From: Haliotis cracherodii
Lineage: Eukaryota
Length of the DNA: 64,000 nucleotides
Assembly (NCBI RefSeq): GCF_022045235.1
Contig: NW_027266273.1
Span: forward strand, 1,302,001 to 1,366,000
Direction: 5' to 3'
Part shown: one piece after another, positions 12,045 to 25,084 of the stretch
Position numbering within the stretch: the stretch's first letter is position 1
Layout: each line of letters begins with the position of its first letter
Position numbers and translations under genes: made by a program
Notes under the pieces: model-generated
Seen by the model: only the letters and a program-made list of their open reading frames with translations
Told to the model about the DNA's origin: nothing
Database searches by the model: none

Positions 12045-13167
12045 AGTTTACGTGTACACATGACATCACAATAATTAACAGTAAAAAAGTCACTTTTTAA
12101 AATTATTACAGTGTCGGAAAGACCGAGCAAATACATGTCAATTAATTTTTGATCAATGAGCTGTTACCACGCTCATTAATTGTTGAGTAAAGGCGGTTTA
12201 ATGGATAAAAGTCATTATGATCAACGGAGCCGAAACCATTGCTAGTAATGGACAATAATTAAAAACTATTATGAATCCCCCAGCCGTATGGTTAACGACA
12301 TCCATTCACGAGGGATGAGTAACGTTTTGTTTGGTGCTGCATTCGTCAATATTACACAGAACAGCCTGTAAATAATATGGACCAGACAAACCAATGATTC
12401 ATATCACAAGTAAGGTCGGTGGGGTGCGATGACGAGTAATCGACCCTGCCCACGAGCATGAACATCCGGTCGATTTTAGTCAAGTCAAGCGAAGGTTACT
12501 TTGGACCAAGGCTCTCCCGAAATCCCCGCGGACGAGCACGTGGACAGATAAGATAAGTACCCTGTCTAAGGTTAAGACGATGTCTATATTTTATTTAGGT
12601 ATCATGTTATCACTTCATAGAACTACGGTGTAAATTATTAACCAAATGCCAGAGATAAACCAGATGGTTTACCATCACTCCAGTACTTAAGTCCTATTGT
12701 ATCCATTATAGTGTAGAGCAGTTTGCTGCATCGAACATCGGTGTATTTATGCTTAACTTTTATTTTATATGCCAATCAGAACTTAGACTTCTATCCTGTA
12801 CAGGAGTTATTCATTTGCACTAACTATTATTAGTGAATCGTGCCATCCAAATAAGTGTTATTATAAATGTAAGAAAGTGTACCTGAAGATGTTCTGTCAT
12901 TGCATGGACACTGTGTACAGAGGTGAACAATAGTGTAATGAAATATTGTATAAGGTAATAAAGGCGTTGTTTCTCATACATGTTACTGTTGTGTCACTGC
13001 CGTATAACTTGATGACGGGTCTACAACACGTCGAACTATAGATCAGATACAAGAGCTAAACAAGAGTGTTTGAGTTTCGTGCAGTGTCACTTGTATCAGT
13101 ATTCCAGCTATATCACCACGGGTAGGGAGACATCAAGAATAGGCTTCATGCACTTTCACCTTCGTGA

Positions 13168-13340
13168 AGTGAGTTAGGTTTAACGCCGTTTGTACAGTAT
13201 TACAATTACATCACGGCGTGTCAATTTAATGTGGGAGGAAAGCCCGAAGTGATGTAGATCTTAGATATTTACTACTCCGATGAAACCCACAAGCACGGGT
13301 ATGGTGTTTACAAACCTAGAAACATTATCGGGGCGAACCC
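13168..13340 (-). mobile_element. SINE family B, 5'-truncated
   Basis: Reverse complement of the 3' two-thirds of 42497-42774. Confidence 0.8.
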
Positions 13341-16024
13341 AATCTAACTCAAGAGCATAAAATATTAGGTTAAACGTGTGTTAAAAGGACAGAGAGACAG
13401 ACATGTACAATAGTTTATTTGAGTATCACCACAGTAATACAATATAAAATTTACAAACATATATAAAACAACATGAAATTATTAATGAGGCCACTCAATA
13501 TAGAGTTTAAGATTATGTACAGCAAACATGTATAAAAATAGTAAAGAAATATCACACACTGTTATAAATAACCGATTTACGTTTTTGTAAAATTGCATGG
13601 CAGGTTTTGGCACTACGATTACACATAACATTATTAGATAAAACAAAAGACACTTTTTCAACTTCGCTAAGAGTATTAAAACCAGGATACATATGACAGC
13701 ATTGTGCTAAAATAGGTTGAAGCTCATCATTATAAACAGTACAATTCAATAGAACATGTATTTCATCTACAATAAAAGTTTGGCAATTAAAACAGAACCT
13801 TTCATTCACTGGCGTATTATTAAATCTTCCTGTCTCGATGTGTATAGGGCCGGGGCTGTACCAGATCTGAATTTGGCTAGTGCACTTCTGTGACTTCGAT
13901 GCATAGGTCGTAGAAAATATGTTACTGGACAGTAGTTGTCTACTAGTTTACAGTAGAGTCTCAACTTATTACCTCCCTTGCCTGATGGATCAACCGTTTT
14001 AGAAATAGTCTCTTTCCACTCGTTCACATACAAATCCATTACCTTGCGTTTGACCTCAGACACAATCAATTGCGTATTAAAGACAGTTATTTTCACATGG
14101 AATAAAATGTTCAAGGTCCAATTCACTAAACTGTGTTCTAAAGTTCAAATTTCGTTTTCCTCTGAAAGCCCATCTATTACACCACATATAAATCGTGCCT
14201 GTTATTCTGTCCGGCTTTATATAAGAGAGTCTTTTCTAAAGTCTTGCCGTACTGCACCACTGACGTACAATATGTGGAATCCAGGCCATATCACCGTTTA
14301 CAGCAGGGTTTTAGCGCATATTTCCCAAGACCAAGATAAAACCGCATAGCTCTATTCTGTACTGTGTACGTTGTATGGACCCCATATACACGCACCGTAT
14401 TCTTTAGTTGACCACACTATTTTGTCGTAGAGGGTCCCGCCTAGCATCTTGTACTTAGAGATGAGTAGACATCTACTAGCAGAGCTGCTCTCCCCATACG
14501 CTTATAGTCCAGGTGTTCTGTTAGTAGAATCCCCCAAGTAACAATATGTATCAACAGTTTCTAAAGACTCTTCACAATACTTAAACGCAACGTCAGTCTT
14601 TTTCATGGATGGAGGTCTGAAGTGGATTATCTTCGATCTGTCCTTATTAACGGTCATCTTGTTGGTATGGCACCAGGTATTAAGACAGTCTTGTAACATG
14701 TTTAGGTTGTTTTCATTTTCAGCGAGTAGCACTAGGTTATCAGCGTACGCCAGTACATTAATAACAGTATCTTCAACACCCACACCAACACCTAAAGCTA
14801 AAATACATAGTAAATCTTTAACATACATATTAAAAAGCATTGGAGATAACATACAACCTGGTCTAAAACCCTTCTGGCTGTCGTGCAGATCATTCGTTTC
14901 CACATATGATGCCAGTCTATTGTTCAATACTCCACAGTATATCTTAGAGCAGGCACTGGCTAGGGTGATGCCGCGGTATGCCCAAGGTTAAACGTGGGTC
15001 TCCTGTCGAACTCTTCGGGATAGGAAAGATGATGCCTTTACACCATATTAAAGGGACTACGCCCTTACTGAAACATGCGTTAAATAATTCATGGAGAAAA
15101 CTTAAACAGTTTTTATTTTTAAGAACTTCAGATGGAATGTCGTCAATTCCAGGTAATATACCATATATCACTCGCTGCACTTCATCTACAGTCATGGGTA
15201 TATTTGGAGGACTATCACTGCTTTTGCTCGTATCCGAGGGTGGAGTTTCGTCTTCACCAGCGTTACAGTTTAACAAGTCTGAATACACCTCTCGCCACGT
15301 GTCTAAACACTATTTCAGGGTCCGCACATACTCCAAGGGAATTGTCCGATTTCTTCCTACAGAATTCTGTGTGATTGCTCTCACACATGTCGTCGAGTTC
15401 TTGTAGAGTGGCTCGTTGGTACTGGCATTTCGCTCGCTGCACCTTCTTATCGAAATGGTTTCTAGCATATACATACGCTTCTTTGTGATTTGCCTTCTGA
15501 GGACCCTTGCACCGACACCACGCCCTTTCTGCTGAGCACATTTCATTCAAAAGGGAAGATAACTCTTCAGTCCACCAGGGTATTGCTTTGTTGGGAATTA
15601 GACAAACGCTGAGTTGGTAGTGCTCTTATCATTTCCTCTTTAACATACATATTAAAGTCATTAAAGGCAGCAGCAATGTTGCCTTGATGCTTCTTAGAAT
15701 TCTCAAGTCCATCTATGATGTGGTTAAGGGTCTCGCGGCATTCTTCTGATGACATGAAAATTTGTGGAATATTTGATGTGTCGCACCTTATTTTACTCTC
15801 AGATACTCAGTTGCGATATTCTGGTTTCTTCACCGTCACATTAATATCAGGAGTCCAGGTTAACACCGAATGATCAACTTTAAGAACAGTTTGATCTACC
15901 GCATCCCCGTCTGCCACTATGTTCCTATTTCACTTGGCCTTAACACATTAAAGTCATATATTTTGTTCAGTTTCTCATGCGGACATATGCAGTAGTCTAC
16001 CACAGAGGCACCCTAGATGATATA

Positions 16025-17449
16025 TACTGAACCAAATAAAAAACTTCACAATCCTAAACTTTTAACATTTTGACCAGTTATCATTGTGGGCCCTTATTGT
16101 GTATTTTTACTGAGTAGTTAATTGCCATGTATTGTCTTCAGATAACACCCGTTTTTGTGCAGGTGAATCGATCAAAATCATGTGCACAGCACTATAGTGG
16201 CAAAAGTGGTTTTTCACGTGCAACTGGTCATGTGGCCATAATACCGCACGTGTTTTCAGCTATACTTGTTAGCAGTCATTAACAAAATAAAGAAATACAC
16301 AAGAAAACAAAAGTCTTTGCGGCCATTTGTCATGCCACGCCTTTCAAATGTGCAACGTGAACGTGCCATCGGCATGTTGCAGACGGGAACTTCCGTAGAT
16401 GAAGTCGCAAGGACGATGGGTTGTAGTCGACGGACTGTTTATGATTTACAGACGCGTTTACAGCAAACGGGTACCACCGCTGATCGCCCTCGGCCAGGTC
16501 GACTACGTGTGACGTCACATGCAGAGGATCGTCAGATTGTCTTACGTCACCTCCGTAACCGATTTTTGACGGCTACGTCAACCAGAAATGAACTGTTTAG
16601 CGGAAGACTGAGTGCGCAAACTGTTCGAACTGTCTGAGAACTTCTCACCTTCAAGCACGACGGCCATACTGCGGGCCGATTCTGACTCAATTACACAGAC
16701 GTCAACGTCAATTGTGGGCAATCGTTACGCCCAGTGTTGTGTACAGGAAGTTGACAGATTTCGAGGGGGAAGTGTCATGGTGTGGGGTGCTTTCTGTGGC
16801 AATGCACGTTCCAGGCTTCTTGTCATCCGTGGCTACCTCAACGCTGCTGCTTACCGCGACCAGGTACTGGCACCAGAACTTCTGCCTTTTATGGCAGCAC
16901 ATGGACCCGGTTTGATCTTCCAACACGACAATGCCAGACCCCACACAGCAATTTTGACAAGGAGTTTCCTTCAGAATGCGGGGGTCAACGTCATGGACTG
17001 GCCGTCAAGGTCTCCCCACCTCAATCCAATCGAACACTTCTGGGATGCTCTTGGCAGAAGTCTGCGCACTCTCCAGAACCAACCACAGAATTTGCAAGAT
17101 CTTGGCACCATTTTGCAGCAACAATGGCGTCGTCTTCCCAATCATGTATTCACAAGCATCACAAGGTCCATGCGGAGGCGTTGTGTGGCAGTTGTCAACG
17201 CACATGGTGGCCATACACGCTACTGAACTTGTGTGCCATCAGATTCTCGTGCTTGGGACTTATGATTTAAACTGTTGATGTTATTACCGAATACCGTAGG
17301 TGCTTGGAACAAATCATGGTTACCACCGTTAATTAAAATCCTTCTTTGGACATTAATGATTTAAAATTACCTTCTCTGATACATTTGTCCGTTGTATATC
17401 ATTCATAGGATTACTTTTAAAAATGTGAAGTTTTAAATTTGACTCAGTA
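16025..17449 (+). mobile_element. Tc1-like DNA transposon, internally deleted
   Basis: Imperfect ~25-bp TIRs (TACTGAACCAAATAAAAAACTTCACA / TGTGAAGTTTTAAATTTGACTCAGTA), TA flanks, MPRL...GRLR HTH, FQHDNARPH, SPHLNPIEH, GGHTRY*. The first catalytic Asp region (DESRF) is deleted. Confidence 0.95.
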
Positions 17450-18459
17450 TATAAGTAAAGTCGTCCCTTTAGCCACACCTTCCATTCACAATACAATAAT
17501 TAATGTTAATTAAATAGTCAATTAGGGGATGGCCGTAATTATTAACAGTACTGTCAATTGTTTCCCGGTTAGGCAAAATATCAACTCCTTCCACAAAGTC
17601 TAACAGCCCTCCACATCGACTAATAACATCTCCACATATATATGTCATCTCAGGCCGTTGATATTTAATAACCTGCAATAAAAGTGTATACAAAATCAAC
17701 AGCATCTATTTGTCTTGATGAATATTCAGGTGGTAAATAACATACACAAATTGTAATAACAATATCATGATTATCCTTATTTGTCAAGTCCAACCACAAT
17801 ATACCCACGTACGAGGAATCTAAAATACTCACACTAAAACAATCCTAAAGATCACGTTTGATGAAAAAACCAACGCCCCGTGAACCACATTTGGCTTTTA
17901 CATGTCTATTTTTTCGGCTATGTCCGTACCATATATAACCATCAACATTCAGTACATTATCACCAATTAAATGCATCTCTGCAAAACCAACAATGTCTAG
18001 GTTAGATTTGGATAAAAACTGTGAGCGTAATAAATAATTACCAGAGTGAGTGTCTTTTGAAAAAACAACACGTTACGTATTCGAAAACCCGCATCGAACC
18101 TGGTAGTTCGGATCGCTGGCTGTGACTTCTCGCGTCTGTGTCGTCTGCTCGCTGGTCGGTTGGCTTGCTCCAGTCACGTCACCCACGTGTTGGCTGTCGA
18201 TCTGCGACTGTCGTCTCTGTCTGGGGCCTGACTGGTGACCTGCTGTCACTGGAACCACTTGACCAGTCCCCCCCCCCCCCCCCCCCCCCGCCCCCCCAAC
18301 CACCCCAACCCCTGCAGTTTGCTTCCTGACTGTTTCAGCTGACCATCACACACCGTTTCAACAAGCAACTTCATGTTGTTCTCAAACGCACGTGGTGATA
18401 TTTACCAACAAAAGCCACGTGATCGGGAAAGGTCACCCAATCAGCGAGAAATACGTCTT

Positions 18460-21400
18460 TCACAAGATCGTCGAATGCGAAGGAGGCGGGATCCAAGTAG
18501 ATCTCCAGCCAATCGTTCGCGACATCGCCACCACTAGGTAAAATGCGGGTGCTGGAATGTAAAAGGTTGGTCAAGGGATTCTTTGTCGCAAAACGCAATA
18601 TTACGACTCAATCGAATTGTGATATAATTGATATAACAGAAACCCATCTAAAAAATAGTGACGTGATTGAAGTTGATGGTTATAAATGGTTTGGCTATAA
18701 CCGGACAGAACTGCATAGGCATGCCCCCAGAGGATCAGGAGGGGTGGGCTTCCTAATAAATAATGAACTTCTAAGGTATTTTGATATTGACATTAAAGAT
18801 AAAACCAATGAGGGTATTTTATGGATGTCAGTTAAGAAAAGAAAAACAGGCGCTGTTACATATATATGTGTTTGTTATTTACCGCCAGATGGTTCATCAA
18901 GATATGTATGTGCAGAAAGTTTTTATGACACTTTGCTGTCACAAGTGTTTGAATAAAGGTCTGTTAGTTTTATTTGCGGGGACTTTGGGGGATTTGCGGT
19001 GTGTTGATGAGAGTGACTTTAAAGAGGGAGTTGACCGTCTCCCAGAAAGACATGTTATTGATTTTACACAAAATAACCATGGTAAATTATGTGTAGACTT
19101 TCTCATTAGTGCCAACTACTGTATGTTGAACGGTAGAAACAGTCTGCAAAACGATTTTACATATGTGTCAAGGCAAGGTTTGTCATTAGTTGACTATTTT
19201 TTTGTACCCTACGAAAGTATTGCTTCCTTTAGTGATTTTACTGTTATGCGCCCCACAGTTTTAGTTAACAATGCAGAAAGTATGTCTAAAGTAGACGGAG
19301 ATGTGCTCCTAAAAATAGACCATTCCATGCTTACATGGGATTTAACTTTGGATGACAATATCACAACTGAGGAATTAAGGGAAGATAACTCTGACACAAT
19401 AATCTATGACAAATATTTAACAAGATCACAAGTAGTCTTGATGAGGCTTACACTGCCTGTGTTGATATTATTAAAAATGAAATGAGAGATAAACTTCCTG
19501 TTATCCGTGTGAACCTGTCAGCCGGAAAAAGTAATAAGAAAAGAAGACAACGACACCCCTGGTGGAACGAACAGTTATCTAAAAATGGAACGACATGTGT
19601 GCAGCAGAGAAGGCATGGTGTAGAGCTAGTGGTCAGTGTAAAAGGCAGTTAAAGCATGAGTTTATTTTGCTGAGGAAAGATTTCGATAAATGTTTTCAGA
19701 AGCAGAAAAGGCATTACAGGAGTTCAGTTCATAAGGAACTGGAACTTATGTGTGATGATAACAACGAGTATCTGGAGACAAATCGGTAAGATAGGAGTAG
19801 AAACCGATAGGCAGAAAACTATTCCATTAGAAATTCTGCATGAAGACGGTAATACGTGTCGTAACAAAGTGTGTGTTCTGAACAAGTGTGAAAGGTGCTT
19901 TAAGAACTCTTAAACGGCAATACAGAGTCAGCAGACACTGAAACTCAAGTAAATGACGATACCACAACACTGATATCATTTAACAAGGACATCACTCTAG
20001 AGGAAGTACGCCGGTCGATGCGCAGAATCAAGGACAAGAAAGCTCCAGGAGTAGATGAAATTCAGATACAGTGACTAAGAGGAGAAAGAACAATTCAAAC
20101 ACTGCATAGATTCTTTAATGTATGTTTTTCAACATCACGTACACCACAAATGTGATCAAAAGACATATATTAATCAATCCTATTCCGAAATCCTCGTCAA
20201 GTGACCCAAGAGACCCTTTCACGTACAGGGGAATAACTCTAGCTCCAGTAATTTACAAGATTTACTGTGGAGTATTGAACACTCGCCTAGTTGAATGGTC
20301 GGAAAAGAACTACATAATAAGTGATGAACAGAATGGCTATAGACGTGGAAGATCAACAATCGATCACGTAAAGTCAATAACTAGTATAGTCGAAACTAGG
20401 AAGTTAATGCGAAAATCTACCTTTGCTGCTTTCATTGACTTCAGAAAGGCCTATGACGGAATTAACAGGAGTCTGCTATGGAGAAAACTTTCGCAGTATG
20501 GTGTGAAGGGAAGAATGCTGTCAGCAATCAAATCACTGTATCAGAATGTACAGTGCTCCGTCCGGATCAACCGAGTACACAACACACCATGGTTTTCAGT
20601 GAACAGAGGTCTGAAACAGGGGTGCTTCCTCTCCCCCTACTCTTCAACTTGTATATTGACGACCTAATCAAGGCAGTCTATGCAACTGAAAAGGGTGTCA
20701 AAATAGGAGAAGAAACTGTTGGTATTCTGGCCTACGCTGATGATATTGTACTCCAAGATGAAATAGAGGAAGGTCTCAAATTTCTCCTATCTACCGTAGA
20801 TATGTGGTGTCAAGATAACAAGATGTCAATAAATCAAGAAAAGTCAAAAGTGATACATTTCCGATGCATTTCCACTCTAAGATCAGAAACATTTTTTTCA
20901 TGTGGTGAAACTAAGTTAGATATATGTGATAGCTATCTTATCTTAGTTTATTACTAACTGAACATTTAAACTATAACTTAATGGCCAAAAATGCAGTGAA
21001 ATCGGCTAATAGAGCTCTCGGACTTCTTATATCAAAATATAAAGCATATGCCATTTAATGTATATACCAAACTCTATGACACAATGGTATGGTCGGTGCT
21101 GAGCTACGGAGCGGCAATATGGGGAACAGCAGAGTATTCAGCAGTAAACGCTCTGCACCACAGAGCTATACGTTGCTTTTGGGGACTCGGAAAGTATGCC
21201 CCAAATGTAGCAGTAAATGGTGAAAGTGGCTGGGTACCTCCAATAGTGAGACAGTGGGCAGCTGTGTGTAGACACTGGGCCAGAATGTGTAACACATCAC
21301 AGAGGCGTTTAAACAATAGAATATTCAGGTGGACGGAACAGTGTAAAAGGAAAAGTTGGAACTTCAGGGTAACATCCCGTCTACGTAACATGGACCTAGG

Positions 21401-22122
21401 TCACTTTTGTAATGTAGAGATGCCTATTGAAACCCGGCTATTTGTAAAAACAGTGAAGACGTCAGTATTTGAAGAATATATAACAAAATGGAAAAAATCT
21501 GCTTTTAAAAGATACATCTGCACGAAACAACGGAAGGAATAAACTGAGAATTTATAAACAATACAAAAAGAGTATTCTAAAATACAATATCTAAAATACC
21601 CACTCTCCCGTGGCCACAGAAGTGCCTATGTCAAGTTCCGTTGTGGGGTGGCTCCTTTACGTGTAGAAACGGGGCGCTACGAAAATATACCTTTTAGTCA
21701 ACGTTATTGTTTTAACTGTACAGATAAAGTCAAAGACGAAATACATGTTCTTTTATCTTGCCCCTTATACAAAGATGTCAGAGATTTACTTTTTAAACAG
21801 TGTATTCGTACTGTGCAGGATTTTATAAGTAAACAACCCAGTGATCAGTTTTTATGTATTTTATCCAGCCCGGACCTTAGCTTTTATTCTTCCAAAGCCT
21901 GCCACGCTATTTTAAGAAAGAGACGCCAGCTTTTACATCAATAGTGTTTTATGTGTGTACATATGTGTTTTTACGTATTGCATTGTTGTATATATTTTAC
22001 TTAAGTTTTAAAGTGTCTCTCATAAATCGCTGAGCGATTGGTCGTGTACAATACATGTCTTAATTCTTAATTTTGTATGCATGTATCCCCACGAGTGAGA
22101 CGTAAATAAAATCTTCTGTCTG
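18460..22122 (+). mobile_element. Degenerate APE-RT LINE (RTE-X-like), 5'-truncated within ORF1
   Basis: APE (WNVKG, ETHL, GGVG, CYLPP, VDY, DH), RT (EQNGYRRGRST, FIDFRKAYD, GLKQG, LAYADD), C-terminal ETGRY...CFNC...EIHVLLSCPLY, 3' AATAAA plus (CTGT)n. Many frameshifts. Confidence 0.9.
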
Positions 22123-22728
22123 TCACATTCTACTGAACAGCATTTCGATGTATGTGTTGAGTCTCTACTCACATTGTCTGTATGCACCAGATGGACATTC
22201 TCACCTGTCTGACTCTTCGTGTTGTACTTTGTACCTTGACCGTCGCCATTGTGTGCATCGTTTGATCCCGACTCGCTTGAGTCCACTTGCACCTCTATCG
22301 CTGTTAATCTTACTTATTCCACCTCTTCCTTTCTTTTCTTAGAATCTTCATTTTCTGCACATGTCTCTGATCGTTGTCTTTTCCTATCACTCTGTGACTA
22401 TGAACAGCTTGTCACTGACAGGCCGGGTAACATGACTGACAGTACGTTGTCGGTAAGAACACTTTCTCCGATTCCTGGCATATTTTCCGACATGAAATGA
22501 CACTAACGAAATCACAAGGTGTGAAAGTTAGTGTTTGATCACTGATATTACCTCGATCGATGTCTTTGTAGCAGATATTTCACTATATTTTCAGTTGTCG
22601 GCGAGAGAGCGATTCAAAACACAGCTTGTCACTTCTCACGCATGCGTCTTGGGACTGAATAAATACTTGTAAATAAAAGCATCCAAATCATATCCATAAT
22701 CCTATGAAATCTTTGTAAAAGCAGAATC

Positions 22729-22995
22729 ACCCGTGAAGATCCGGGGTAGAATAGGTCTTCAGCAACCCATGCCTGCCGTAAAAGGTGAGTCAGACTATGC
22801 TTGTCGTAAGAGGCGTCTAACGGGATCAGGTGGTCAGGCTCGCATGTCATCGTATCCCATTTGCGTGGATCGATGCTCATGATATCCATCACTGGACTGT
22901 CTGGTCCGGACTCGATTATTCACAGACCGCCGTCATATAGCTGGAATATTGCTGAGTGCGGCGTTAAACAACAAACAAAAAACAAACAAACAAAC
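22729..22995 (+). mobile_element. SINE family A, complete copy with target-site duplication
   Basis: 12-bp TSD AAAAGCAGAATC at 22717-22728 and 22996-23007; (AAAC)n tail. Confidence 0.95.
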
Positions 22996-23030
22996 AAAAG
23001 CAGAATCCAGTGTACGATTACGACAATATA

Positions 23031-23061
<31 letters not shown>

Positions 23062-23069
23062 TGATAATA

Positions 23070-23431
23070 ATGTTTATGAATCACTGTCAAATAGTGATGA
23101 TTCCAGGTGCAACAAATGCGTATAGTATACTCTTAAAGAAAGCAGGTGATTGGAAGAGATATTATTTTCTAGGAACAGTTGTATGATAACACTGAACGAA
23201 TTGGGACCACTTACAACCTATAGTGAAGTGGAACATCCTGAACGGCGTCGATCGTTAACATTTTGGGTGTGTTGGGACCTGTTCCATAGTCTGTTTATCA
23301 CAGCCTGTGAAAAATTTAACGTATTGACCAGTGCACGCCGAGTTCTGCCAGTGAAAGTGTCAAAATCATGAATGACATCCTTCGCACGTCTGTGGGGCTA
23401 CGGCGTGATGCACGTTCAGACAATAGGGAGT
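23070..23431 (-). mobile_element. Decayed Tc1 N-terminal remnant, locally duplicated (copy 1)
   Basis: Minus strand reads GRTRRALVNTLNFSQAVINRLWNRSQHTQNVNDRRRSG, resembling a Tc1 HTH; repeated at 24803-25084. Confidence 0.6.
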
Positions 23432-24802
23432 GTTGTGGTGTTAACTTTTAGAGATATAAACCTTCATTGATTTCATTTTCACAACTGTTTAGGTCTTTAT
23501 CTAATTACCCCAAATGGAATCTGTTTTGGTTGATAATGAAGGTTGGTTATTCTTTTGCATTGACGCTTGATATTTGCATTGGGTGTTTGTCGTCCACGCT
23601 TATCTTTGTTTCTAATACTTGGTATTAAAATATATATTTCATGATCCCTTACTTTCTTGGTGTATATGATGTAAAAAAACATCAACTGCTGATGAATTTC
23701 CTTACATTTCTATATGTGAGGCGTTCTTAAAACTGAAATTTATTTAATGCCTATTAAATTCTTAAAATGTAATTGACCAGCGAATTTCAGTTCAGAAACA
23801 AGCCACAATCTCCCAGACCTTATCCCCTTGAATTTCACTTTTGAGATGGAAGAGAACACCCTGACAGTGGTAACCTTCATTTGTGGGGTTAATGTAATAC
23901 ATTGCTAACCCACACATGTAATGTCGTGCCGGCTTCTACGTGCATGTAGTGGCGCAGTATATGCAACATTGTCTTTTCGTACTTTTGACACGATCTTCTC
24001 AATATATTGTAATACCGTGCAGTAGATTTAAAAATCGGGATTTATATTTACATCAACGCTTTTTTGCTTGTTTGTATATTCACTTCTTAACCTAGCTGAA
24101 GGAAAACATACCGTTATCGCTAGAGCCATAATTTTTTAATTTTGTTTACGGTTTATATAAAACACCATAGAGTGGTAGAAATATACATTGAAATTGATTT
24201 AAGAATCATGTTGTTTTTAAATATATTTCTTAAAAGTCAAGATTGGTGGGTGCATTAAGTTTGTTTGCGCCAGTATCAGATCCAAATATGAGCGAACGAT
24301 ATATCAATATTCTTATATCGTTGGAAATGACATGTAACTCTTACAGACAGACAAAACGGCGAAACACAAATTCTTTGACACATGATACAAATTACCCAAC
24401 ACTTTACTTTCTAGGTAACGCACAGTTTGAAATTGTGTTGACGATATAATCTAAATTGCCAGATCGCAATCTTAATACTTCTTGAATACCGCCGTCATGT
24501 CGCTGGAATATTGCTGAGTGCGGCGTTAAACAACAATCAAAAACATGCCATGAATAACCGACCCAATGCATTGTCTCAAGACATTGAGCGTAGTTTAAAT
24601 TCCTCGGTATAACTGTTAGCTCTGGAATTAATTTAGGAAACTTGGCTGAAACATTCAGTTAATATAATAACTGAAATGTTAGTTATTACTACATAAGCAT
24701 AAGTTGTCGTTATTAAAAGCGACCAAACCCTTTCCATATCCATAAAAAAAATTCTGCTAAATGCTGAGTCAATTGTACGATTCCGACTATATAATGAGCA
24801 TG

Positions 24803-25084
24803 TGTTTATGAATCACTCTCTCATAGTGATGATTCCATGTGTTCGCGAAAATATTCTATGAATAGGAGGTGAGCTTTGACCTGGACACCCTGAATGGGGT
24901 CGACGGGGTAACACTTTAGATGTGTTGGTACCTGTTCCTTAGTCTGTTTATCACAGACTGTGAAAAATTGAACGTATTGACCAGTGCACGCTGAGTTATG
25001 CCAGTGAAAGTGTCAAAATCGTGAATGACATCCTTCGCAGGTATGTGGCGCTACGGCGTGATGCACGTTCAAACAATAGGGAGT
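24803..25084 (-). mobile_element. Decayed Tc1 N-terminal remnant, locally duplicated (copy 2)
   Basis: Direct repeat of 23070-23431, e.g. CGTATTGACCAGTGCACGC...GCCAGTGAAAGTGTCAAAATC...GGCGTGATGCACGTTCA. Confidence 0.6.

Larger units (their letters stand above)
13390..22650 (-). mobile_element. Degenerate APE-RT LINE (RTE-X-like, inference), interrupted by a Tc1 and by a second LINE
   Basis: RT fragments (PGIDDIP, QKGFRPG, LAYADNLV), C-terminal CFNC...DEIHVLLNC, APE fragments at 17452-18060, 3' AATAAA plus GTCT-like tail at ~13390-13420. A basic ORF1-like N-terminus and 5' UTR continue at ~22130-22650; that assignment is less certain. Confidence 0.8.

Noticed and set aside
18060-18540. Twin-priming 5' inversion explaining the head-to-head LINEs
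   Set aside because: Both sides have their own APE, RT and 3' tail and are clearly diverged, so they are two elements.
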